Shown here piece after piece: positions 35,501 to 48,799 of a DNA stretch of 64,000 nt. The notes beneath the pieces were generated by a model. That model was not told the DNA's origin. It ran no database searches and saw only the letters and a list, made by a program, of their open reading frames with translations. The DNA lies in NCBI RefSeq assembly GCF_001949145.1, contig NW_019091359.1, forward strand, positions 3,264,431 through 3,328,430, written 5' to 3'. A program made the translations under genes and the position numbers. The stretch comes from Acanthaster planci (taxonomy: Eukaryota). How positions within the stretch are numbered: the stretch's first letter is position 1; each line of letters opens with the position of its first letter.

Positions 35501-38500
35501 GAATTTTAGCAAAAAAAGGTTGTACAATACTGGGGGGGGACAAGTCAAACAAAGTAGGGTAAACTTGTTTGTGTTTATGACATGCAAACATTGTGATGGT
35601 TAAATATGAAATATTTTCTCTCCGTTGTTAACATGCTGTATGTTCTTTGTGTTTGTTACACATGTTCCCCGCTTTCAAAATTTTGAATAAGGCATTCAGC
35701 AGATTGGAAATAAATAAATGATGCCATCAATACTTGTCTGTAGAAAACTCATGACATACCATGATGTACATGTACGTGCGTGTATCCTGAGGCACTTTAT
35801 TGTTAAAAATAATGGGATATCTTTCCAGACATTCCAACTGCAGCTGAAGGTGATACTGGATAGAAATAATGAAGTACTTAGCCACTTGGAGCAGGTTGAA
35901 GCCTCAATCACTGGACTGGACAGCTCCGTTGTCAATAAGGATGCAATCAGAGGAAGTATAAAGGTTTGCAGAGTCTCTAGCAAACAGGTCAGTTCAATTG
36001 GCAACTTATCAATCACCCCAACGTTGGAAGTTGGGATTTTCTTCCTTATTTTGAAATCACAAATTGCCCTGTTAACATCTTGTTGTGTGTTACAGTTCAA
36101 CTCGTCTTTTTGTACATCCTGACCGTCAAATCTCTACAAATGTTAATTGCTTCTTCATTTTTTCCCTTGCGTTTTCTGTGCGCTTGTGCACTATAGGTCC
36201 AGGAAATTGCTGAGAGTCAGTGTGGAAGTCTTGAGGGACAGATAAGAGAACTAGCCAGATACTCAGATGATGATTTACATGGTGATATTAACAGGTAAGT
36301 GTAAGGCGGGGTTCTAGACATTCTCATGGGAGAAAGGTAGCATAGGTTTGTGACCGTATGTAGCGCATGTGCAGTGAAGTTGAAGTACAAACAACCCTCG
36401 TCAATCGTTGTCAGGTCATTAGGCTGAAGGGGAGAAAAGGTGGCTGTAGGAAGGACAAAATAGCTAAATTAAAAGAAAATGGTCAGGTACTAGTGACATA
36501 CTGTTTTCTGACATTTGTCTGGTCCTCTCTGCTCTGTGTTATTAAAAAATATTTATGGCAACCAACGATGCAACCAACCTCAACAGGCTGGTCACGAATA
36601 GTTGACTACAGTAGTCCAACCATTGTCGACTAGCATGCGTTCATCAAAACGAGTTAGTCAAACCATGGTTAACTACACGTATGGTCCTTAATTGAACTTG
36701 CCCTCAGGTGGACATCAACCTTGGCATTCCTCCTAGGAGTCTTTCTGAATCTTGACTGCAAGATACTGGTGCTACATGAATTGTACTGTAACTTTCTATT
36801 AATGTAGTGAGTTGGGGATTCCTATTATCATTAAGTTCATTTATAATGTACATGTACCTCTGAACTCTACATGTGAGCAGGGCGTGAGTTTGGGTGGACC
36901 CTGCACGTGACAAAACGTTCTTTACACATTTGTTGGCCAGAAGTGGCCAGATTGTATTAGTTTTGGGCACAACTTGATATACTTTTTCACTACTGGGAGC
37001 ATGGCTAGAAGTTTCCTAGACTAGGTAGTGGACTCTTCGACTTCAGACTCCGGAGTTGGCTGTTGACTTGGCTTCGGCTAGCAGTATGGCTACGCTTGGG
37101 TTGACTTAAGCCAAGTTGACCCTTGAAAAAAGATCCGGCAAATCTTACAGAAATGTGAGGCTCCAGTCGATGTTCCTGTAGCCATCCGTTTCTTTCCGCT
37201 CTCCCTATCTTTTTCGTGCCTCGATTCGGCCTCTGATTCCCCCTTCAGCGGCAGATGGACTGCAACCCCCGAGCAATTGGCCAGGGGCTGGACAGCTACA
37301 TTCATATCTTTCTTCATAAATTCATAGCGGCCAGGTTCTTTCTTAATCCTACAAATCCTCCAAACTTTGTTGTTGAACTCAGGTCTGGAAGGGCAGGAGT
37401 TAGGATGATAATGATTTAGAAAATGAAAGAACTGTCAACAAGTCATGACATCTATCATCCAGTGTCAGTCCATTTCAGTCCTTTTTGTCCACTCCATGTT
37501 TCTTGTGAACTGACGTATGGGTTGACTTACGATTGAAGAGTTAAAAGTTTTTCTAGTCATTCATTTTAGAGAAGGACAGCAGGAATAAGGGACTGGTGAA
37601 GCCAACATTTATTTCTCTGTTTCTCAAGGGTCCCAGACACAACCTTCTCTTCGGTCAAACAACAGCTGATGTCACAGTTGGATTACAATGTGGCGTTGCA
37701 GAAGGACAAGGCCGCACTGGAGACGAGGCTTGCCGAGAAGCTGGAAAAGTTGGCACAGGTCAATAAGATGAATGAAACACTGCAAGGGGATGTGGAGGAA
37801 TCACAGGAAAAGATGAGAAGTGTCCTAGAGAGGTTGGACAAGACAGCAAAGGATGGTACGTAGGTAGTAAGAAACACTTTATATGAATGGAATTGGAACA
37901 GGTGTTATTGTCATGCAAATAGTTTGAAAAAAACAGACAGCTTGTGGGATTGTTGTCCATTCGTACATGTTGATGTATACACTTAAAAAAATGTCTGTCT
38001 GTCTGTCAAGGGATCTTGTCAAGTGCTTCTCATGAAAATGTCTTGATGTATATTGTGACCTATCTCCCCTCAAGAAAGACAACATACATCCATAGAAAGA
38101 AGTTGTATACTCAAGACTATGGTTGAAAGCTGTGTAAACACAACTACAGATATTGTTCTTACCACAGAGCCCAATGATACTTCCTGGGTGTACAACACAG
38201 GATACCTGTACATTAGAACTCTACATAGGCACTTCGGAGGAGAGCTTTCAAAAGCCAAATCAATCTACCTGTTTTGATAGATTAAAACTCCTGTTAAAGA
38301 AAGATAGTGGTTGTACAAGCCTGGAATTTTATTTGTGGTGAATCAAGACCACTTTTCTTTTGATAAGAAATCAAAATGTCTAAGGGAACATTTTAAGTGA
38401 CAGCAATGGAAACCAAAGGTATATCGAGGGAAAATGAATTTCAAGCCTGAGTGTAATTTGCTGACAAGAATTAGAAGTGAGCATATCATAGCGCTTTCAT

Positions 38501-41500
38501 TCCCTCTTGACCTATGTAAATGAACCTTATATGACAATTACATGTGTGTTTCTTCCTCAGCTGAAGACAGACTAGATTGTCTGGAGAAAGAAACCAAGAA
38601 AGCGCAGAAGGCATCTGAGGAGTACCAGAGATTGTATGAGGCAGAGAAGCAGAGAGTTGAACACTATGAAAAGGAAAGAGGGGAGAACAGGAATCCAGCA
38701 AAGAGGAGGTAAGTGACAGGTCAGAGGTCAGAGTAACAAGCAATGACAGCTCATTGCTTTGTAAAATCTGTATTTTTTGTGAGTGATACATGTGTAGCAT
38801 GTAGCTGTGGTAGATAAATCCATCAGTTTCCTCTGACACCGGGTGTTTTGAAAACACAAATTATTCTACATTTTTGTGCATGCATATGCTGTACTTCACT
38901 GCTTTCAAGTCCATCACATAGCTAGATTCTAGAAAGTAGCTCTTTTGACTCTTTGAACTGCAGACTGGTTGGTTGTATTAAGCACACCTATGTGATGATG
39001 AAGACTCTCGTGTATGAGTGTTAGAATCTATAAAACAAGAATTAAAAGTTCACGTTAAACCAAGAGAGTTTGAATCCAGTCAGTACCTTCATCATCTGTT
39101 AAGTACCACCTTCTGTACCTGACATGCTCTCAACCAATTGGAGTAGGTAAAGTGGGGAAGGTAGTTTGGAATACTAGTTAACAAGGGACTTGTCTCAAGT
39201 CTAATACAGAGTCTGTTGATTTTTGTCCTAATTAAAACTAAAATATCAGATACTAAAACAACTTATGTGGCTTGTATTTATTCATAGATGTCTGGAAAAC
39301 AGCTCCTGGTGTTAAATTTGATGTGTGGGAATGCAATATCTGTTATATCTTCAGACAATGAGAACAAGGCTGTTTCTATGGAAACCTCACTTCTCGACCA
39401 ATCCAATAGTCTTCTGTGCTAGATTGCTCTTCCTCCTGGTCTGTACTTCTTATTCTGGTATCTTGTTTTCTTGAGATAAGTCAGCATTCCATCCAACTAA
39501 GACCGTATCTCCTCCATCACGTCTCTGCATCTTATCCTAACATCCTGTTTCCTAGCCAGCATTGCATCTCACTAGAACTGCACATTTTTGACAAGCCAGA
39601 TTTTTCCCTCATTCATGACACTATATCTCTTCCATCGTGTCTCCACATCTTACTCTAAGATCCTGTGTCTCTGCGTCTTACTTCAGCACCCTTTTTTCTT
39701 CAAGCAAGTCAGCATTCCATCACCCTGATGTCTGACACCTGTAGCTACACATAAACGTGCTTCAACAAAGAAATATCTCATCCATTCTATCTCTGCTTCT
39801 TACATAAACACCCTTGTTGACAGTCTCGGCAAGCATTCCATCCTACCAAGACCTTGGCAGACCTGCACCACATTATCCACTCCAAACGTCCCTCCATCCT
39901 GTCTTTACACGTACATCTCGCTCTACCATTGCTATTTGTCTCTAGGCAAGCCAGCACTTCATCCCATCGAGACCTCACTGCTATGGCTAGGCAAACTCGC
40001 ACTTCATCAACCACCCCATATCTCTTCCAAGCCCCTATGACCAGAGTCAAGTCAGCTGACCGAGTGAGACCCAAAGACATGGACACCAAGTACTTGGTTA
40101 GTGTGTGTTGAAAAACAGGCATAGCAATGCAGAATGATGCTGTTAATGTTAATGCAGTGTAGCTGATACAAAATGATAAAAGGTAATGGTACTTATTCTG
40201 GTATTTGCAGTCTCCATTCACAATTAAACCTTTGAGAGTGGAAGATGCCAACATGAATGTAAGGTGAAGACAGTTCAACACCATTCCCTACAAGGCAATC
40301 ATGCTTGTTATAAAAATTGGAACAAAAGTCCATGTGGTATGCTGTGCCTTGGTAAAATGCAGTGCTTTTATGTGAATTATGACTTACATGTGGCAGTTAT
40401 ATGGATTTGAATGAGATAATGGTTTTTGTGTTCTTGGGCAAGACTCTTTACTGCAATTGTTCCCTTTCACTCAAGATTATAAGTGGGAACCTATTCCTAC
40501 TCGTACTGAACTCGTACTGCCTAAGATTGATCTCATTTTCCATGGAATTGCACTGTGATCATTTACAACTGATATGTCATTTGTGCACATTCTGCTGGAA
40601 ACTTTTAAGTAGTTAGGACATGACTGGGACAGTCACTTAGTGCAAATGTTAAACAGGCTTACTAGGCTTTTACTTGGAAATCACACGGTATCCTGAAGAG
40701 TTTACACATGAACCATATACATGTAGTGTGTATCCAGCCATGGATTGATGAGCTTTACTCCTTGCTAGAGAATATATTCATGTCCCCAGAGTGAGATCTC
40801 TCATCCTCCAGGGTCGTGCTACATCCTTGAAGTCATCTCTCTTGAAGTTAATCTCTTTGTCGTCTTCCTTCATCTTCTTAGTGTCTTGTGGACAAGAACA
40901 GAAGTCTTCACATGGAGGTGCGACGACTTCGGGATGAGAACGCACACCTGATGAGGAGCAGCAAAGACTCCAAGAGAGATGTGGAGATCATCCAGGTAGG
41001 CTGATGTATTTTCATGAAGTGTTTCATCTCTTTAGTCTGTGTCTTTTCTTTGTCTGTGGCATGATGCAGAAGACACCATGCCTTGCTTATTATACTGTGC
41101 AAACAAAGGCATTCCACAAAGAGCAGTAGGCAGTAGACAAGAAATAATTTGGAAATGAATTATGATTTTTAATTTCATGGTTGAACTTTGCACAATAAAA
41201 GATTTATTGGGTTTGAACGGGAAACATTTATTTCTTTAGGGCTCAAGGAAGTTGTTGTGAATCTGAAAATCCCCTAATATGCACTCATCAAATGACTTAA
41301 TGTTTTAAGGAAAAAGTAGCTTGCCCTCAATTCTAATATTCAATTCATTATGTCTAACATAATGCCAGTCTAATGAAACCTTCAATAATCACTGTTTCCT
41401 ATCTTGGAAATTGATCACCCTGTCATTTTTCATCCAATATCGCTCATTTCTGTGCATCATTTTACAATTTTTACAATATTCACATTCAAGTGCCTGCATT

Positions 41501-44500
41501 TTGTGGAATTGCTCACTGAAGCTGTTTAAACTTTTTTCTTCAACAGCGATACATTGCAACCTGCCAAACTCAAAGAAATGAGCTACAAGTCAGACTGCGA
41601 CGAGAACAAGAAGAGGTAAACTCAATCAGAGTTGATCAATTATCAAAGTGACTGTTAAACAAAGTCATGATGAGTAAAGACACCTGTTTGGTGAGGTGCA
41701 TATTCTACTCTTCTAAATTCCGGTCAAAGTGAGAACGAGGAAACTACAAGATGCATGCATGTGTCAAAGATGAATCTGATGTCATGTAGTCAACTGTTTC
41801 ACTTATGGCAAAGTTGCTTTCCCCCTTAACCTTTTGCTGTAAGCGGATTAGTGGCACTACTCAGTTGTATGACAAACCCTTATGTTATGAGTCTCACTGT
41901 GGACTTGAATGGAGACTACAGCTGGTAGACCAATCTAAGCAGGTGATTATGCAGGCAGGCCTATCATTGCTCTCACTGTTTCACTCACTGTCGCATTGAA
42001 TAAGCGACCCTTGATGTACTTTCCAAACAAACCTAGCAAACTGGCAAATGTTTAGTGAGCCTTGCTTATTGCTTAGTAATGTCAAGGTTGGTCTGTACAT
42101 GGAGATCACAGTATCAATTACTTGTTTTGTAATCATAAATCATAGTTACTTTAACTGTAATGTGTCAGAACTGTGTATTTAAGGCCCAAACAGAGCTGTA
42201 TTAAATTACTGCATAGCTACTGTTACTAGAGCACAGGTATAGCTTTATGGACTAGAAAGATTATAAGGATAAAATGGAATGAATCCAAAACAAATACATG
42301 TACATGTGCCCTAAATACAACACACCAGCCTCACATAACATGTAACATAAGCAAGCTTTATCAATAGCAGGACCAATTAAATTTGTTCATCAAAATTCAT
42401 CTGCAGTGCATTGCATTTGTGCACATATTTACATTTTTTACACAGAGCCAAAAAAAGAAAGAAATTCTCAATTGTGCATTTAAGTTTTTAAAGTATTGGC
42501 TTTTATGATGCCTGTTCTGGACAATTCCACACTAACTGTGGCATGACTGTCAAAATTTCAAATTGATTTTACAATGTTTTCTCTAGTTTTCTCTGGTTAG
42601 GTTTGCACCTCAATTTAATGAATCCAAGGGGATATTATGGCAATACCATATGAAAAATTATAATTAATGAAATAATTCTTAACATTTATTTTCGTTACAT
42701 TTTTATTTCTATACATGTAACATCTGGCACATAAAATGAAACGTCCGTAACTGCTTTAATTAACAAAGGTAGACTATACTATAAACTTTTGGTCCCTGGA
42801 TAGAATAGACTGAGACCAATTGCAGCATAGTTTGTATAAAAGGCTAAAGGAAGCAACTTCACAGAGTTTTACTGAAATGCACCGAAGGTCTAAAGTCCGT
42901 AACATGCGTTTCTCACGCTTGTAACTGATTGATCAGTGAAGCCAAAACAAAGTTTCTTTAACCCTAACACTCCTCAGTCCTCCAACAGGTGAAGGATTGA
43001 GGAGGGTTAGGGTCAATATGTTTAACACTTGAATACAGGCTACAAGTATAAAAGCAAACAAACTTTTTTTCTCACCAGAAGTTAAATTGTTTATCAATTG
43101 AAACTTGGAAGTTGTATACAAACGTAATGCCCGTAACAATGGAATACTCTGTTTGATAATACAGATGGAGAAATGTACCTAGCAGGCTTTACTTTGCACA
43201 GTGCTGTAATACAGCTCTATGTGCTTCAATGATTCACTGACATATTTTCTAGGACTCTGCCTGAATGCTTGAAACTCTTCAAACGTTCCCACATCAATGA
43301 AAACAAACAGTTTGTTTTGTACACTTTTATCTACCGTGTCTAAATACTTAATGCTTTATTTGTAGCATCGTAGACTGGCAACGTCCATGAACAAGCAAGC
43401 CTCTAACTGGATTTCAGAGAAGAAGATGGTGCGTGGAATGGAAACAACGAGCAAAACAGCAAAGGTAGAACATAAACCGATGATGNNNNNNNNNNNNNNN
43501 NNNNNNNNNNNNNNNNNNNNNNNNNNNNNNNNNNNNNNNNNNNNNNNNNNNNNNNNNNNNNNNNNNNNNNNNNNNNNNNNNNNNNNNNNNNNNNNNNNNN
43601 NNNNNNNNNNNNNNNNNNNNNNNNNNNNNNNNNNNNNNNNNNNNNNNNNNNNNNNNNNNNNNNNNNNNNNNNNNNNNNNNNNNNNNNNNNNNNNNNNNNN
43701 NNNNNNNNNNNNNNNNNNNNNNNNNNNNNNNNNNNNNNNNNNNNNNNNNNNNNNNNNNNNNNNNNNNNNNNNNNNNNNNNNNNNNNNNNNNNNNNNNNNN
43801 NNNNNNNNNNNNNNNNNNNNNNNNNNNNNNNNNNNNNNNNNNNNNNNNNNNNNNNNNNNNNNNNNNNNNNNNNNNNNNNNNNNNNNNNNNNNNNNNNNNN
43901 NNNNNNNNNNNNNNNNNNNNNNNNNNNNNNNNNNNNNNNNNNNNNNNNNNNNNNNNNNNNNNNNNNNNNNNNNNNNNNNNNNNNNNNNNNNNNNNNNNNN
44001 NNNNNNNNNNNNNNCCAGAATTATATCGATAACTTTGAGTAATGGTATTGCCATATTGATAATTTATGTATGGTATGGACACTTAACTTAAGATTCAAAC
44101 AGTTTGGGCATTGGGAAAATGTAAATGTTTCTAATTAGGATTTAGCTGAGGATGTCTGCCATCATATCAGATAATAACTGAGCAGTGCACTCAGCAAGCT
44201 CAGTTGTTGAGTGGAAAGAGATCAGTAACTAGTAAGTACCGATTAAGTCAAGCAAGAAGCCGTAGGTACAAGTCCTACCTTTGCAAATAAGTTTGTGAAA
44301 GACAGTTCTTTAAAATAGTGGTGAAGTATCTTGTTCTTAGGAAAATAGAATCAAGACTTCCATTTTCATGAATATTCATAGTCATCTGAATAAGTTTGCT
44401 CATTTACATGTATAAGTCCCTCCTGTTTTTCTTGACAGATACAATCTGAGTCAGTGCTTGGAGCATCCAGGAGGCTGAAGCTTCACTCAGTCAAGCTTAA

Positions 44501-44540
44501 CGAGGACAAGCCAAGAGACATTCCAGTTCAGTCTTGGTGA
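32525..44540 (+). CDS. Uncharacterised coiled-coil protein, predicted 10 exons, ~402 aa
   Basis: Phase-consistent GT-AG exons 32525-32566, 35829-35987, 36197-36294, 37629-37855, 38561-38708, 39946-40096, 40882-40995, 41547-41615, 43366-43464 and 44439-44540. Translation MASTEVEDLYRRLQ...QLMSQLDYNVALQKDKAALETRLAEKLEKLAQV...KNRSLHMEVRRLRDENAHL...DIPVQSW* is heptad-rich. Exon 9's end is uncertain and an exon could hide in the gap 43486-44014. Confidence 0.78.
34940..34997. repeat. 58-bp near-perfect palindrome
   Basis: CTCCCAGAACTGTGAGGCACACTCCGTGT|ACACGGAGTGCGCCTCCCAGTTCTGGGAG. Confidence 0.8.
42962..43012. mobile_element. 51-bp piggyBac-like hairpin mini-element, copy 2
   Basis: Matches 11676-11726; flanked by TTAA and TCAA. 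Confidence 0.7.
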
Positions 44541-47500
44541 GCCCATCACTCACTGGGTCTCACCAATCATAAGATGCCCACTTTGAAAGGGTAGGTTTGA
44601 ACATTGCATGGATCGACAGGTGCACCCTCTAAAAAGTTTTACTTTATGCAGCATTGCAAAATGTAGCCTATGTTGGTGCCTGTTTGAGTTATAATAGCAT
44701 ACATTAAACTATTATGTATCGTGACCTTATCCAGTACCATGAATCCATGCATATTTTACACTCAGTTATAAAAAGGCAGATGATGCAATTATTGACGGAT
44801 ATTTTTGAGTCATTTTTGCAGTTTTCTTGTGTTGAGGTGCGTTCTTTTCTTGTCTTCGGAAGATAGCAATCATTGACACTCCACTTGTAATGTATCCTGC
44901 AATGTATGTCAGCAAGTCACAGCATTATCTCGAAAACTATTGCTGTGTCCAAAGCGGGCTTCTAGAGCTACGGCTAGGTCTATTGTCTGCACATCTCTGT
45001 GTGTTTCCAATGTAGTGAAGACCTAGACCTAGCTCTAAACAACAGATTCAGATGCACCCTATTACAGCGATTAGAACTAGTAGCCATTACTGCCATGGTA
45101 CAGTACTCTTGGGTAGTTAATGCATGGTGCTATATGTCTCCTCAACCAGTGTAATGACTTACCCAAATCCACGCAGCCTTAAAATTTAAGACCACATGAG
45201 ATGCGCATTTGATACCGTTATGCTCATTATATATGCTTGGAATTTAGCCCTCAATGGAACCCATTAGCAACTTCAAGTTATTTCACCATATGGTCACACT
45301 TTTGATAACCTCAAAGCAATATTATAGTATTATATTCAATCCACCTGTTGGTACCATCAAATGCATAAAGTATTGAACTATGCAGCAGTCTGTCGTCTTC
45401 GTATTCTTGGACAAAATGTAAATTTATTTTGAGTATATGTGCTTGGTGCAACATGGCATTGTTATTAAAGATGTTATTACCTATTGCAAAATATGTGAAC
45501 AATTTTATATTTTCTTTGTGGAGACTTTATTTAGGCTAATTTAACCTGTCTAGTTACTGTTGCAGCATCACAGATGTTGTCATTGGTCTCTGGTTATTTT
45601 GTTGGGTTAAATTGTTGAATCTCTGCATGTTGCATGCATTAAATTGATTTTACATAACTTCTCATAAAGATAAGGTAATTGTCTAAGTACACTGTGAAAT
45701 TATGAAAAAGATTTTTGTAACAATACTAAATTCTTAAAATGTTAATTTTAGTCAATTAAGTTAATTTTTCACCAAGTTTACACCATGCAGCATTATTAGT
45801 GATTTATGATTTTGAGAAGTCCAAGTAAAATTTTTAAAAATCAGTGTACATTGACAACAGTCACAATTGAAATTGTTGAACCGCATTTGACTTGTGTAGA
45901 AGTTCTATGTAAGTTGAAAATTAGACCAATCAGACTTGCTAAATTGTGTCTTCAAAATGATTGCAAGATTATATTTCGTAGATCTGCACAAACCTTTGGT
46001 TCGAAACATCGACTCTGGAATTTGAAATTTTTCTCATATTTCCAAAGTTTCACATGGTTCTTAGTGACAGAAAGTATAGGCTCTGGGAAAGAAAAATTGC
46101 AAAGTAAAAATTTCCAAGTCATGTCATGGCATATTAGCAAAAGTAACTGTTTAGGAACAGATGATAATCAAGAAGTGATATCTGAGAAACAACCGGACTT
46201 CAAAATGTAAATTATTGCTTTTGATGCATGATTTATTGTCCTTGGAACAGGTCAGATTCTTCAAAGTATTTATGTATTTTGAAATTACAGCTGTTATGTT
46301 CAGTATTCAATATTTGTAAAAAGAATGTGATTCCAAGTTTACAATAGAATTGTATTCTATGCATGTCTTCATAATTTTATACTTTCATTATTTTGTATTA
46401 GCATTTTTCTGTTGAAGTATTACAAAACCAGCATGTTGAAAATTAAGATCATCGTTCACATCAAAGAATGTAATGATCAGATGTATATTATTGGCCTCTG
46501 TGATCTGTTTTATCGTCAGTTCAGTTCTCTATGGTTTGAATAGGCCTACCATATGTACCGATGATGTCAGTCTCTTGTATACATTATGCACTTTGCCATG
46601 GAGTCAGTGAGAGCCTATGGTCCACTGAGCATGATTGGAAAGCACACAGGTAAACCAAAGTGTGTTGTCATCAGTATGGCGGTCTGTTAATGATGTGGGT
46701 CACAACGTACATCACACAGGGCACGAAATTTGCCAAATGAAACAGGGTTAGAATAAAATGAAGTTGTGAGCTTCTTCATGCAATTGTTTAACGAGCCCAA
46801 AGCTGAACGATGAACCAACAGTATTACATTTAGTATGCATTAATGGTATTCTTTTGCATGTGTTTTCCTAAAGTATTTTGTATGTGATTTTGTTCAAGCT
46901 TTTAGCAAACTTAGTGCAGAGTTGAAAGAAGTTTTGACCATTTTTAATATGTTCATACATGCATTAAACCCTTTTGTTGGTGAGAATGGTCAAATAATGG
47001 CCACAGAATATAGCAGAAATGTACTTGTGTGGGGATAATATCGGTAACAATAAGTTCATCAGGATATAGACAAACTCCTGAGGTCCTAGCTGACCACCAT
47101 TCTCCTTGTGCTCCTCTGAAATAGGTGTATTTTATCAGGCAAAAAATCACAGCCTTTGTAGAGTTTTGTTTAGTTTAAATAGCCAGTTGTGTCATTTTTC
47201 TCTAATGTACTACTAAATTAGAAATCAAGTACTATGTGGAAACTGGGTATTGGTACCATATCACATTTGGAAGAGTAACAAAGTTTGTATCAACTAACAT
47301 ATGCAAGAGAAAGTTTTGATATTTCAAAAGTCATTTCTACGAATAGTTTTCTGTACCAAGACTTCTGGTTGAAACTATCAGTGACGTAAAAGGACTTGTC
47401 AAGATGTGAATATATGTGAGTAACGATGATCAATCATTGGACAGGAAAACATTATAAAGCTTTATTTTGTATTTTATCCATCACGTGTACTGGATTATGA

Positions 47501-48799
47501 TTACTACATTCCATTTTCCCCTTTGAAAGAGCTATTTTTTGAAGAAATGATTATCTTGCATAATTTCTGCAGCATTAACTCTAATGTGTATCTTTGTATT
47601 CTCATAAATTTATAATTATATTTCCACATGTAAGAATATATATTGGTATATCCAAAATGGGAATCAGTTCAGCAGACTGTTGACTGTTTAACATACTGGT
47701 CATGCTATTGTGTAAGTTATGTTGTTCTTGGGTGCTGTGCAAAACAGGGTCATTTCCTACATTTAGGATCAGATACCATTTACGTTTTATGGTGTTGAGA
47801 CATTGGTTCTTGTCTCTAAGAATGTGTGCTAAGTATCTGCTGGTAGGGAAAGTATTTTGTTATTCCCTTTGTGAAAAAAAATTAATATGACAAAATATAT
47901 TCCAGAAATTTTATTTTCAACAGTATTTTTGTCAATATTTGCATGTAGTATTATTAAACTGCCTTGAAAAAAATCACTGTTGGTACAGGAGGTCAATTTG
48001 CTTTATCTGGGAGTGCTGAATGTATGTTTGAGGTGTGCACCCTTGAAATGAAAGTGCCGGTGCATGCAATGATTTATTTCCCTGATAATTGATTTGATAG
48101 ATACCTGTTTGTAAAGTTTTAGAGCTGAACCACGTCCTGATTTCTTGGAGTCTTTCCAACATGTGCACTGGTTTTCTGTAGTGTATAATTAGCATTATTT
48201 TTACACAGCTTTGGGGAAGGAAAAAGAATTTATCCCGTCTCTAAGACTTTGGGTCTTCACTGTAGGCATATTTTAAATAAATGCAGTTAGAGCACTTTCT
48301 CATATCATATTTCAGTTGGCTTTGTCATGCGAAATAGTGACGCAGAGGACTGTTCATTATCGCCTTTTGTACGCACTCCTTTTCATTGATCCGCAAAAAT
48401 AAAGATGTATACCGTCATAATGATTAATTCAATTCAGTTCAATTCAAAATGGTTTATTTATAAAGTTTCTTCTTGGCCAAAGGCCAAATTACAAAAGTTT
48501 TTACATAGAATTAAAACACATTAAAACATTTTGTTAAAATTACAATAACTTATACGGAGTTGCCTGTCCACATAAAAATTATTAGTTCTTATACATTACG
48601 TTAATTACAACAAACAAAAGTTAAACAGCAAATTAAAACAAGAAATCTGAAATCACTGGCAAAAGTGCTTTGCATGAAGTCAACTTGTTTCATGCCGACA
48701 GGGACTCGGATATAATACCCTGTGGCCGGGTGTCAAGTCCGCAAAGTGTCCTTGAGGGCGCTGTAATTGCATGATGTAGCACTAACGTTAGATGTAAAC

